Shown in pieces: positions 49,566 to 59,317 of a stretch of 64,000 nt of DNA. How positions within the stretch are numbered: the stretch's first letter is position 1; each line of letters begins with the position of its first letter. The stretch covers positions 108,879 to 172,878 of the forward strand of contig JAPDJW010000009.1 in the NCBI GenBank assembly GCA_029258885.1, given 5' to 3'. The notes beneath the pieces were generated by a model that saw only the letters and a program-made list of their open reading frames with translations, made no database searches and had not been told where the DNA came from. The position numbers were made by a program, and so were the translations under genes. The stretch comes from Thermoproteota archaeon. Lineage in GTDB: Archaea > Thermoproteota > Thermoprotei > Thermofilales > B9-G17.

Positions 49566-50258
49566 TTATCTTGCTCTTTCCTGAACTAGTGGCTCAAGCA
49601 GTGTCCACAGCCATCCAACGAATTCGCTTAGATTCTTAGTTTGCAGGTAGACCTCGCCGGGTCCCTCTATCTCCACTACCAGCCCCTCTCCGCTGAGGAA
49701 TAGCTCCTTTAATCCACCTATCCTCCTAACCCAGTATTTACAGGTATCGGAGAAGGCCACTAGATGGAAGTTGTCGACGATAAGTCTCTCTCCGGGGAGC
49801 AGGTCGTGTCTATCAATAGCTCCAAACGTATTAATAAATAGTTCACCGCTACCAGTAGCTCTAATCATGAACAGGCCCTGGCCAAAGATTCCACGAGTAA
49901 ATCCCTGCCACTTAATATCCAAGTTAACTCCAGGAGTTGAAGCTATGTAGGCGGATTTCTGAATAATGAAACCTCTTCCAGGCTCAATCTTCAAGCTAGT
50001 TATATCACCCAATGGAGCAGCGACAAGCCCTATCTCACCGGGGCCGCCCCTAGCTACATAGTCGTTTACAAAGAAGCTCTGCCCACCTAGAATCGCCAGC
50101 TTAAGAGCATCAAATATGCTCTGCCTAACCTTAGTCCTAACCTCAATGTTAGGAGTCATGTACGTCATAGCGCCAGCTTCAGCCGTAATATACTCCTCTG
50201 GATCGAGGTAGACGACGAGCATCGAATATGAAGGCCTATACTTGATTTCATATCTCAT
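49566..50258 (-). CDS. TIGR00266/AIM24 family protein
   Basis: Likely ATG 50258; AEAGAM, GGQSFFVN, FGQGLF, LLVDNFH-like, SGEGLV..GPG.VYLQT. Confidence 0.9.
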   Translation of the reverse strand: MRYEIKYRPSYSMLVVYLDPEEYITAEAGAMTYMTPNIEVRTKVRQSIFDALKLAILGGQSFFVNDYVARGGPGEIGLVAAPLGDITSLKIEPGRGFIIQKSAYIASTPGVNLDIKWQGFTRGIFGQGLFMIRATGSGELFINTFGAIDRHDLLPGERLIVDNFHLVAFSDTCKYWVRRIGGLKELFLSGEGLVVEIEGPGEVYLQTKNLSEFVGWLWTLLEPLVQERAR

Positions 50259-50415
50259 AAAGACACCATTATTTATCAATAACCCGACAATTATTAAGAT
50301 AACTCCACTAAGCTTAGTGGATGCATTTCCCCGAAATAGGGCACGAAGGCCTTAAACTATAGTTATGAAATAAACGTGAAAGTATATCAAAGAATGTTCG
50401 TTGGGTTAAGTGGTT

Positions 50416-51879
50416 TTAGTATGCCTTAGCTACGTAGACCAGTTCTTTAGCTTTTTCCCCACACCATGCGCATACGCCATCTATCTTTCCATCCCAGTTC
50501 AATGGCGTACCTCTTACTTTAGCTCCATTAGTAGCTTCTCTCATGTTCTCAGCACACTCCTCCCTGCCACAGAACCTCATCCTAACTATCTTCCTCCTCT
50601 CAATAGCCTCTATAAGCTCCTCCCTACTATCTACGTCAACAATATTGCTTTCAAAGAACTCCTTAGCCCTAGCTTTAAGGTTCTCAAGAATCTCCCTCGA
50701 CAGCTCCATGATTCTATTGTAGAGCTTATCCTCGGGAACCTTCTCCCTTCTCCTCGTATCCCTTCTAAATAGCGTCAGCATTCCTGATTCAATCTCCTTT
50801 CTACCGATCTCTATCCTTATTGGAACGCCCTTAAGCTCCCAGTCGTTAAACTTCCATCCCGGAGTCTTCTCCTCCCTATCGTCAATATGTACTCTCAATC
50901 CCTTACTTCTAAGAATCCCTTCTATCTCCCTGCATTTGCCTAAAACAGCATTCTTCTCCTCGGGCTTATAGTATATTGGTATAATGACTACCTGTATGGG
51001 GGCAACCTCGAAGGGCAATACCAGCCCCTTATCGTCGCCGTGTATTGATATTAGGGCTGCAACTATCCTCCAGATGCCGGGTCCATAGCACGTCTGCCAC
51101 ACATACTTCCTCTCACCGTCCTTATCAACGAAGGTTATTTCAAAAGCCTTGGCGAATCTCTGGCCTAAATCATGGGTTGAAGAGATCTGGAGAACCCTGC
51201 CATCCGGTAGTAACGTATCTGCTGCATAGGTATCCTCAGCACCAGCAAACTTATCCCACTTGGGTCTCTTGAGGAAGAGGAAGGGTATTCCTAGTTTCTC
51301 CCAAATAACCTTCCTAGAGTTCTCCATATCCTCCTTAACCTGCTCCAAAGCCTCCCCATGAGTCCTAAAGGCGTCGTGAGCCTCTATCCACAGGAACTCC
51401 CTACCCCTAATGAAAGGTCTAGTGGTCTTCTCATACCTGTACACTGAAACCGACTGATACAGCTTGAGGGGAAGGTCGCGCCAGCTTTCAATCCACAGCG
51501 AATACATTTGGTAGAATGCCGTCTCCGAGGTAGGCCTTAAAGCAAGCCTACGCTCAAGCTTCTCGTCGCCAGCATGAGTAACCCAGAAGACTTCAGGTTT
51601 AAAGCCCTCCACATGCTCCTTCTCCCTCTCAAAGTTCTCCTCAGGAATCACGAGTGGGAAGAGGACTGGCTCATGCCCTGTCTTCTCAAGCTCCTCTTCG
51701 AACATACGGTAGATATTTTTAATTATCCTCATAGCCCACGGCCTATGGACTATAAAGCCCTGAACATTATACCTTAGATCGACTAAACCAGCCTTTATAC
51801 AAACCTGTGTAAACCACTCTGAGAAATTCTCCATCTTACGTACGGTGATGCCTAGTTTCTCTCCCATCCGCATCCCCAC
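50416..51879 (-). CDS. proS: Proline--tRNA ligase (archaeal/eukaryotic type)
   Basis: FSEWF, ALRPTSET, FIRGREFLWIE, KFAGA, QTCYG, C-terminal Zn motifs. Confidence 0.97.
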   Translation of the reverse strand: MGMRMGEKLGITVRKMENFSEWFTQVCIKAGLVDLRYNVQGFIVHRPWAMRIIKNIYRMFEEELEKTGHEPVLFPLVIPEENFEREKEHVEGFKPEVFWVTHAGDEKLERRLALRPTSETAFYQMYSLWIESWRDLPLKLYQSVSVYRYEKTTRPFIRGREFLWIEAHDAFRTHGEALEQVKEDMENSRKVIWEKLGIPFLFLKRPKWDKFAGAEDTYAADTLLPDGRVLQISSTHDLGQRFAKAFEITFVDKDGERKYVWQTCYGPGIWRIVAALISIHGDDKGLVLPFEVAPIQVVIIPIYYKPEEKNAVLGKCREIEGILRSKGLRVHIDDREEKTPGWKFNDWELKGVPIRIEIGRKEIESGMLTLFRRDTRRREKVPEDKLYNRIMELSREILENLKARAKEFFESNIVDVDSREELIEAIERRKIVRMRFCGREECAENMREATNGAKVRGTPLNWDGKIDGVCAWCGEKAKELVYVAKAY

Positions 51880-51929
51880 GTGAAGCTGAAAAATAAATCA
51901 GTATACATCTTTATAAAAGTTTAATTGGG

Positions 51930-53180
51930 CTAGGGGGATATGTCCTCCAGAGACCTACCCATAGTCTCCTCGCCAAGAGCAAAGACCGTAACAGCTGAAA
52001 CGAAGTGCACCAGAGCAAAAAGTATGAAGGGGTAAACCGGATCATTTGTCGCTGACATAATGTATGCGGCAATATAGGGTCCGAGAATACCGCCTACTCT
52101 GCCTACACTGTTAGCCCATCCACTACCGGTACCCCTAAGCCTAGTAGGGTAGAGTTCGGGAGTATAGGTGTAGGTTGCACCCCAAGCCCCAAGGTTGAAG
52201 AAGGATATAACTATACCCCATATTAGGACTTCAAAATCGCTTCCAGCGTTCCAGAAGAGTACGCTTCCAACCCCCGCTAGAGCCATATATATGGATAAAA
52301 CCTTTCTCCTACCTATTTTCTCGATGAGATACGCCGATGAGAGATATCCCGGTATCTGCGCTAACGTCATAACTATCGAGTATGATAGCGATCTAACGTA
52401 GCCTATACCCTTAGCATACAGTATGTGGGGGAGCCATAGGAAGATGCCCCAGTAGGCTAATACTATACAGAACCAGTGTATCCAAAGCATGATGGTGCGC
52501 TTTAGGTAGATTCCGGAGAAAAGCTCCTTAAGTGATGCCTCACATATCACGTACTTCTCGAGTTTAATATCGTATTTCTTCGCGAGGCATAAAGCTTTTC
52601 TCCAAAGTCCCTTACTAGCTAGATATCTAGCTGATTCAGGAACCTTTAACCATATAGCTATCGAGAAGATGAGGGACAATAGACTGAAGTAAAACACTAT
52701 TCTCCAGCCATAAGCTTGAGCTATAAGATAGGATATAGCTAGCGACAACAGCCAACCTAAGGCCCAAGCACTTTCAAGTATCGATATCAATCTACCCCTA
52801 ATCCTCTTAGGTGAATATTCAGCAAGCAACGTGCTGGCAACGACCATATATCCTGATGAGCCAATTCCAGCGAAAAACCTGCATATAGATAGGTCAATCC
52901 ACGAGCTCGAGAAGGAGGATAGGAATGAGAACAGCCCCATTAAGGCCATAGCGAGAGCCATCGAATACCTCCTACCAATCCTATCGCCAAGCGAGCCTAC
53001 CATAAATCCACCGATAAGCATGCCTATAAGCCAGCTACTTAAAACAATGCCAGCCATCTCAGTAGGTATGGCTAGATCTCTAATGATAAGCGTAAGGGTA
53101 CCTGAAATAAGTCCGGCTGTCATCGAGTCGAGGCTCCAGCCAATCATCAGAAGGACGAGTAGGATGATGTAAGGCTTCAC
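51930..53180 (-). CDS. MFS transporter (sugar/organic-anion type)
   Basis: GDRIGRR, EYSPKRIRGR, PESARYL, ELYPTRLRGTG; 12 TM. Confidence 0.92.
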   Translation of the reverse strand: MKPYIILLVLLMIGWSLDSMTAGLISGTLTLIIRDLAIPTEMAGIVLSSWLIGMLIGGFMVGSLGDRIGRRYSMALAMALMGLFSFLSSFSSSWIDLSICRFFAGIGSSGYMVVASTLLAEYSPKRIRGRLISILESAWALGWLLSLAISYLIAQAYGWRIVFYFSLLSLIFSIAIWLKVPESARYLASKGLWRKALCLAKKYDIKLEKYVICEASLKELFSGIYLKRTIMLWIHWFCIVLAYWGIFLWLPHILYAKGIGYVRSLSYSIVMTLAQIPGYLSSAYLIEKIGRRKVLSIYMALAGVGSVLFWNAGSDFEVLIWGIVISFFNLGAWGATYTYTPELYPTRLRGTGSGWANSVGRVGGILGPYIAAYIMSATNDPVYPFILFALVHFVSAVTVFALGEETMGRSLEDISP

Positions 53181-53280
53181 TCACGACACCATAGTCATAA
53201 TATGGGCTTTAACAATTAAAGTTTTCAGCCTAGATAGGCTCCATATCTTCTCTGTAAAACGAAGAAGTTGATGAATTAAA

Positions 53281-53886
53281 TTAGAAAGGTAGAGTATACG
53301 AGCCTTTCCTAAGTACTACAGGTTTTTCTCCTGTTAGATCGACTACCGTTGATGGAGGTATTTCAGGAAGCTTTCCTGCATCCACGAGAATATCCACGTC
53401 TGGTAGGCTTATTGGAATTAGCTTGGAATCGTATATTGGCTCCTCACCGGAGATGTTTGCACTAGTTGCAGTAATAGGCGCCTTAAGTATCTCAGCTATT
53501 GTAGTCGGCAGTGGATGTGGTGAAAGCCTTATACCTATATTTCCCTCAGGGGTAACCACACCCCTTGGAAACTGTTCTGGATTCTTAGCCCTTAAAATTA
53601 AGGTAAGCCTCGCTGGTAGAAGCTTAATGTATTCTTCAGCAAGCTTGTTTACGAGGCAGAGCCTGTATATGTCCCTCTTTGAACCTACAAAAACCGATAT
53701 AACCCTGTCAAGGGGCCTTCGTTTAACTTGGAAAACCCTTTCAACTGCCTTACTATTTAAGGCATAGGCAGCTAATCCATAGCAGGTGTCGGTCGGTATT
53801 ACAACTAACCTTCCATCCTTAATCTCCTCCGCGATTATCGCCGCAATATCCCTACACTTACTGGGTGAATATTTTATAGTTATCAT
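53281..53886 (-). CDS. sua5: L-threonylcarbamoyladenylate synthase (Sua5/YrdC)
   Basis: PTDTCYGL, KRRP, TSANISG, STVVDL. Confidence 0.93.
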   Translation of the reverse strand: MITIKYSPSKCRDIAAIIAEEIKDGRLVVIPTDTCYGLAAYALNSKAVERVFQVKRRPLDRVISVFVGSKRDIYRLCLVNKLAEEYIKLLPARLTLILRAKNPEQFPRGVVTPEGNIGIRLSPHPLPTTIAEILKAPITATSANISGEEPIYDSKLIPISLPDVDILVDAGKLPEIPPSTVVDLTGEKPVVLRKGSYTLPF

Positions 53887-53963
53887 AGCCTATACACTGA
53901 ATATGAGGTGTTAGTTGCTAATGTTTTTTAGTTTAGTTTTCCTCTATATATTGGTGAACCGCC

Positions 53964-54791
53964 TTGAGAATATATGTTTCTATAGACATGGAGGGGATAG
54001 CTGGCGTTGTAAGGAGCGACCATACGAGCACCGCTGGAAGGGACTATAATCTAGCTAGAAAATGGATGACGAAGGAGCTGTCTGTAGTTGTGGATGAAGC
54101 ATTAAAAAATGGTGTTGAGTATATACTTGTAAACGACTCACATGGTGGAATGACTAATCTGCTTCTCGACGAGCTTCCTGAGGGAAACATCGAGGTAATT
54201 ACTGGAAGCCTAAAGCCGCTAATCATGATGGAAGGAATACAGCTCGGCTTCAACGCAGCGTTTTTCATAGGATATCATTCAAAGAAGGGCACGAGAGGCG
54301 GAATACTGGACCATACGGTATTCGGTAGAGCATTTAGGAGGGTAGTTATCAACAATAGGGAGGCAAGCGAATTCTACCTCAATGCACTGATAGCTGGACA
54401 CTACAATACGCCAGTAGTATTGTTATCTGGGGATGATAAGATAGCTAAAGAGGCCCGAGAAACAATTGACGGAATAGAAGTCGTAGTAACTAAATACGGT
54501 ATAAGCAGATACTCCGCGCGACACCTAACAAAATCGCTACTGTATAGGAGGCTTAGAGAGGCCACCCAGAGAGCATTGGGGAAGGCCGATAAAGTTAAAC
54601 CTCTTAAAATAAGCTATCCGGTTAAAATTGAAATAGAGTTTACTGATTCGTCTCTAGCCGATGCAGCCGAACTAATACCTATATTCAATAGAATAGACGC
54701 CATGAGCATAGAATATAAAGCTAGGGATATGGTTGAAGCGGTAAAACTAATTGAAGCCCTATGCCTAATATCCTCTGCTGTACTGAGGTAG
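53964..54791 (+). CDS. dppA: D-aminopeptidase DppA (peptidase M55)
   Basis: SIDMEG, NDSHG, GYHSK, LDHT, SGDD. Confidence 0.92.
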   Translation: MRIYVSIDMEGIAGVVRSDHTSTAGRDYNLARKWMTKELSVVVDEALKNGVEYILVNDSHGGMTNLLLDELPEGNIEVITGSLKPLIMMEGIQLGFNAAFFIGYHSKKGTRGGILDHTVFGRAFRRVVINNREASEFYLNALIAGHYNTPVVLLSGDDKIAKEARETIDGIEVVVTKYGISRYSARHLTKSLLYRRLREATQRALGKADKVKPLKISYPVKIEIEFTDSSLADAAELIPIFNRIDAMSIEYKARDMVEAVKLIEALCLISSAVLR

Positions 54792-55709
54792 CTACTCTAT
54801 CTCCTCAACCCAAACATTATACGTGTTTCCGTTAAACCTTACTCTCAGCGGCACTGCACCTCTCCTCGAGGCCTCGGCTGAGAGCATAATCATTTTTTCA
54901 ATCCTATTTATTTTGCTCAAATACTTGAAGATCTCTATCTTAGCGTCCTCATAACCTATAGCCTTCAGCCTAACTATCGAGCCATTAGTTAAGCGGGCAA
55001 GCTTATCGAAGTCGCAGGGGAGAATCTCCGCCATAACTGAGTACTCCCCATCCTCGCCCCCAATAACTCTAACGTCCCCGTTTTCAAGGACAGCTATCTT
55101 AATATTATCATTTAATGATTTTAGTACTACACTATAGCCGTTACCGTTCCTATACAATATAAACTCCTTTCCATCAATCGATTTCTCGCTTTTACCTAGA
55201 AGAACTATCTTAATTTCCTCAGGATTTCCAGTCTTAGGAATATAGTTGCTTGAGAGGAATCTTCCGGGAACCTCCATTAATATGGCCTCAAAATCTCTCT
55301 TAGACTCTGCAATATCAATAGCGCCTAAGTTGATGAGTTTTATCCCTTTCTTACCCTGAAGCTTAAATCCGCCGAGAACTGATAGGTATGCTACTGAGCT
55401 TGTGCTTAACGTAACCATAGAGCCGGATTTAATAGGTATGCTCCTCCAGAAATTCATTCTCTCTCCATTAACGGTTAACACGCCATTGCCTGTAGCCGAA
55501 ATGACGGTATTTTCGTCAAACGAAAGCTCTACGTCGCCGCACCTAACTTCGATAACAGGAGTCGATCTATCGTTACCTAAAATAATGTTTGAAACAACAT
55601 ACGAATAATAGTCTAGGACATTCTGATGAGCTAAGGGTGCCTCCTCTTTAACTATGAAAGCCCTATATGCCTTATGTATCCTTGCCTTCATACTATCAGT
55701 CTTCGTCAA
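54792..55709 (-). CDS. Divergent PxpC/KipA (allophanate hydrolase subunit 2)-like protein
   Basis: SNIILGND..PVIE, ISATG..LTVNG, VAYLSVLGGF, DFDKLARL; C-terminal VRFNGNTYNVWVEE. Confidence 0.6.
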   Translation of the reverse strand: MTKTDSMKARIHKAYRAFIVKEEAPLAHQNVLDYYSYVVSNIILGNDRSTPVIEVRCGDVELSFDENTVISATGNGVLTVNGERMNFWRSIPIKSGSMVTLSTSSVAYLSVLGGFKLQGKKGIKLINLGAIDIAESKRDFEAILMEVPGRFLSSNYIPKTGNPEEIKIVLLGKSEKSIDGKEFILYRNGNGYSVVLKSLNDNIKIAVLENGDVRVIGGEDGEYSVMAEILPCDFDKLARLTNGSIVRLKAIGYEDAKIEIFKYLSKINRIEKMIMLSAEASRRGAVPLRVRFNGNTYNVWVEEIE

Positions 55710-55803
55710 AAGTCTTAGTCCATTTAAGCTTCTGTCGATATATAAGCTTTGCTCTTATACTATGAATACCGGGTCATATTAAGCAATGGACGTTATTTTA
55801 AAT

Positions 55804-57273
55804 TCAGACAACTGAATGTATTGACTTGATTACTTGCGCATTTTTAATGTCCTTATCTTTCAGTTTAATCCATAGATCCCTGTTACGTATGCATCCGGGG
55901 TCAGGGCCAGTTATGTCTCCAGTGTATGCTAGAGCTCTAGCTCTGCATCCGCCACAAATATACCTATAGGGGCATTCTCTACAGTTTCCTTTAAGGTTGT
56001 TTCTGTCCCTAAGCACCTTGAAGACTCTGGAGTTATTCCATATTCTAACGAAGTGAGTAATTCTGAGGTTGCCTACAACAATATCTGGGATAAATACGCA
56101 TGGAGTTACAGAGCCATCCGGCTGGATGGCAGCATATATTCTTCCAGCTCCACATCCACCGATGTACTCAGCAAGCGATGAAATTACGGGATCTCCTTTA
56201 ACGTAAAAATGTGTAGCCGCTACATCTCTACCGCTGCTCAAAATACACGAAACTCTAGCGAACTGAGGAGCTGTACTATATATCTCTATATCTCGCCGCG
56301 TATTCTCAAAGTATAGCTTAGCTAAGAGTCTCTCTCTTTCCTCCGGCTCAATATCATAGTCTATCATCTTAATGCCTCTACCAACGGGAATAAAGTTAAA
56401 GAATACCATTCTGTTTGCTCCTAGTTCTTCGGCAAAACAAATCATCTCGTCTATTTCATCAATATTAAACCTAGTAATTGTTGTAGCGATACCTACAGAT
56501 ATACCCTCCCTAACAGCGTTCTTAACACCTTTAACAGCCCTATACCAACTACCCTTAACGCCTCTAAACTTATCATGTTTATAAGGATCAGTAGAGTCAA
56601 TGCTAATTTCAACATATCTTAAGCCAGCACGCTTAAGTTTTCTAGTATAACTGGGGTCAGCTAATCTCCAGCCATTAGTAGCTAGAGCGGTATATATACC
56701 TCTGGAGGAAGTCTCAGTCAAAATTTTAATGAAGTCCTCATGAATAGTCGGTTCACCTCCAGAAAAGGCTATAGCAGCTACTCCTGCATGATCGAGCATA
56801 TCCAGTACCTTAAGCTTTTCATTAAAAGTAAGCTCGCTCTCTAGTTTAGCGCCAGCATTTTGATAGCAATGTTGGCATCTCAAATTACAAACATTAGTAA
56901 AGTTCCAGACGATAAGAAAGGGAGCTGGAAATTTCTGAGGAACAGTTAAACCATAAATTCCCAAACCGGAAATTACTAAGTTTAAACCGCGTCTAACGGC
57001 AGGATCTCTGAGGCTCTCCAATGATTTATTAAGATCACCACCAAGCATCTTAACGATAATCGATAAAATAATCCTTAGTAATCCCGCATAGAACCTAGTA
57101 GATAGACAGCTACAGTTGTAGCCAACCATACAATTTATAGCTTCAACAAGTAAAGTAGATTTCTTGTCATTATACTCTACACCTTTAGATAGAGCCTTTA
57201 ACAAGAGCTTGGAAGGGGGAGTATTAAATATAAGTCTAATACCTGCAAGGAACGATGCTATCCCGCTAGACAT
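55804..57273 (-). CDS. Radical SAM/SPASM domain protein with N-terminal extension
   Basis: CNLRCQHC, FSGGEP, GCGAGR..QPDGSVTPC, CRECPYRYICGGCRARA. Confidence 0.93.
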   Translation of the reverse strand: MSSGIASFLAGIRLIFNTPPSKLLLKALSKGVEYNDKKSTLLVEAINCMVGYNCSCLSTRFYAGLLRIILSIIVKMLGGDLNKSLESLRDPAVRRGLNLVISGLGIYGLTVPQKFPAPFLIVWNFTNVCNLRCQHCYQNAGAKLESELTFNEKLKVLDMLDHAGVAAIAFSGGEPTIHEDFIKILTETSSRGIYTALATNGWRLADPSYTRKLKRAGLRYVEISIDSTDPYKHDKFRGVKGSWYRAVKGVKNAVREGISVGIATTITRFNIDEIDEMICFAEELGANRMVFFNFIPVGRGIKMIDYDIEPEERERLLAKLYFENTRRDIEIYSTAPQFARVSCILSSGRDVAATHFYVKGDPVISSLAEYIGGCGAGRIYAAIQPDGSVTPCVFIPDIVVGNLRITHFVRIWNNSRVFKVLRDRNNLKGNCRECPYRYICGGCRARALAYTGDITGPDPGCIRNRDLWIKLKDKDIKNAQVIKSIHSVV

Positions 57274-57394
57274 GTATTTCCCCCGGAAAATATATCGACG
57301 CTTAGATTTAAATTTTTCTGAAAAAACTGAAAAATATTTTTATATCAGCATATTAAATGAGAAAATATTGGGTAAAATAAACCAAGTTAACGGG

Positions 57395-59041
57395 CTATTC
57401 TAAATGACTAAACTTAATTCTTCCTTTAATTAGGTTAGTTACTATAGCTGGTATTTTTTCTAATTTAACCCTAACCTGTTTTCTCGTATCTCTATCCCTT
57501 ATTGTTACGGTATTATCTCTCATTGTATCTGCATCCACAGTTATACAGTAAGGTACACCCCATTGATCATACCTCTTATACCTCGACCCTATGCTTCCCT
57601 TCTCATCATAGACGATATGGTATTCCGTCTCTTCACATAGCCTACGCCAGATATCCCTAGCTATCTTGGATTCCTCCTTAGCGTATTCTCTCGGCATCAT
57701 AAGCGGGAGTACAGCAGCTTTAACTGGCGCAACCTTCCTATGGAGTTTCAGCCAATCGTACTTCCTATCGACCTTAGCTTTAACGTAAGCGTAGGATAGT
57801 ATCGTCAGTATAGTTCTCTCTATACCAATTGAAGGCTCTATAACGTGGGGTACAACCTTAACTCCATTAACCTCCTCAAGCATTTTCACTCCACTCATCT
57901 TCATATGTTTAGTTAAATCGTAGTCCGTCCTGTAGGCGTTACCAACTATCTCCTTCCATCCAAAGCTAAAGCATATTTCAAGGTCAAAGTTTCCAGCTGA
58001 ATAGTGCGGCGTCTCCTCGGGAAGCATCTCCCTAAATCTAATAGCATTAAATGGGACGCCAAGGTCTTCCGTAAGGAACCTCACTTCCTCAGCGAGAACG
58101 TAGGCCATCCACTCGTTAGGCAGTATACCCCTCTTAACGGCTTCATCCGCCGTAATCTCGACAACTTCCTCGCTGCCCTTAAGCTGAGCCTCCCTAGTAA
58201 GTATCCTTAATAGAGTTTTACGGTACTCCTCGGTAAAGTAGGGGCAATTATTCACCTGACACCTCTTACAATCCATACACTTGGGCCTATACCTCAAATC
58301 CTCGCCAACTATACCCTTCCTCTCAGCCTCCTCTCTACTGAACGGTATACACTTCGCATCCCTCAAAACGAAGTACTCTATCTCCATCTGCTCGAACTCC
58401 CTAAGCCTAAACAAACCCCTCCTCGGCGATATCTCGTTCCTATACGATCTACCTATCTGAGCTATACCAAACGGGGGCTTACCGAAAACATTCCTAATCC
58501 TAGGATAGGATAAGAATATAACCTGTGCAGTCTCCGGGCGTAGAACAGCGTTATCCTCCACTGAAACGCCAACTTTAGTCTTAAACATTAGATAGTGTCT
58601 CCTAACGTCACTAAGCACTCCACCACATACGGGACACTTAAGCCCATTAGACCTTATTATCTCAGTAAGCTCATCAACGCTCTTACCCTCAGCCTTAAGG
58701 TTAAGCTTCTCTTCAATAAGGTGATCGGCCCTAAACGTCCTATTGCATCTAGTACAGAATACTATTGGATCCCAAAAGCTATCCAAGTGGCCGGAGGCCT
58801 TCCACACTATCGTAGGCGTCAATATGCTTCCAGAAATCTCATAGACTCTCTCCTTACTCCATATAAACCTCCTCCTCCAGAGCCTCTTAATCTCCTCCAC
58901 AAGCAACGTACCCAAGTGGCCAAAGGTGTAGAAGCCGGAGAAAGCCTGCTTACTAGAATATATTTCAGCAGTCGGAAATACAACCGCCTCCCTTATCAGG
59001 AAACGCATTATCTCCTCTATCCCAGCTGGCTTTAGCTCCAT
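57395..59041 (-). CDS. glyS: Glycine--tRNA ligase (alpha2 type)
   Basis: ASGHLDSF, LRPETAQ, AQIGRSYRNEISPR, REFEQMEIE, PHVIEPSIG, RYKRYDQWGVPYCITVD. Confidence 0.96.
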   Translation of the reverse strand: MELKPAGIEEIMRFLIREAVVFPTAEIYSSKQAFSGFYTFGHLGTLLVEEIKRLWRRRFIWSKERVYEISGSILTPTIVWKASGHLDSFWDPIVFCTRCNRTFRADHLIEEKLNLKAEGKSVDELTEIIRSNGLKCPVCGGVLSDVRRHYLMFKTKVGVSVEDNAVLRPETAQVIFLSYPRIRNVFGKPPFGIAQIGRSYRNEISPRRGLFRLREFEQMEIEYFVLRDAKCIPFSREEAERKGIVGEDLRYRPKCMDCKRCQVNNCPYFTEEYRKTLLRILTREAQLKGSEEVVEITADEAVKRGILPNEWMAYVLAEEVRFLTEDLGVPFNAIRFREMLPEETPHYSAGNFDLEICFSFGWKEIVGNAYRTDYDLTKHMKMSGVKMLEEVNGVKVVPHVIEPSIGIERTILTILSYAYVKAKVDRKYDWLKLHRKVAPVKAAVLPLMMPREYAKEESKIARDIWRRLCEETEYHIVYDEKGSIGSRYKRYDQWGVPYCITVDADTMRDNTVTIRDRDTRKQVRVKLEKIPAIVTNLIKGRIKFSHLE

Positions 59042-59178
59042 TAAAGCAACCCCTGGATTTTTTCACTGATACACTATTGAACAAAGATATAAATTTACTG
59101 AGATTCGAGAAGGCTGAAGTTGGCATAAAACATCGAAACATGTAGTTAAAAATATATCCAACAATAGCAGATAAATAT

Positions 59179-59255
59179 ACGCCGGTAGTTCAGCCCGGAA
59201 GAATGCCCGGTTCGCACCCGGGAGGTCGCGGGTTCAAATCCCGCCCGGTCCACCA
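59179..59255 (+). tRNA. tRNA-Ala(CGC) with mismatched positions 1-2
   Basis: D stem GTTC/GAAT, anticodon arm CCCGG-TTCGCAC-CCGGG (CGC at 59213-59215), T arm GCGGG-TTCAAAT-CCCGC, 3' CCGGTCC-A-CCA, G3:U70 Ala determinant; 5' strand reads ACGCCGG. Confidence 0.9.
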
Positions 59256-59268
59256 CTTAACTTTTCTC
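59256..59268 (+). terminator. Pyrimidine/T-rich tract downstream of the tRNA
   Basis: CTTAACTTTTCTC immediately after the encoded CCA. Confidence 0.4.
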
Positions 59269-59317
59269 ATCTAGCTAATTAAAGGAGATAAAATAACCTT
59301 TTATTAATAAAGAACTA

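Noticed and set aside
55804-57273. Radical SAM/SPASM protein as a RiPP maturase or tetraether-lipid enzyme
   Set aside because: No adjacent precursor peptide, RRE or B12-binding domain recognised; substrate not inferable
59112-59180. Non-canonical intron supplying G1-G2 of tRNA-Ala from the upstream GG at 59112
   Set aside because: Only a weak hairpin (59113-59168) forms and no bulge-helix-bulge joins the putative junctions; kept only as an alternative to test
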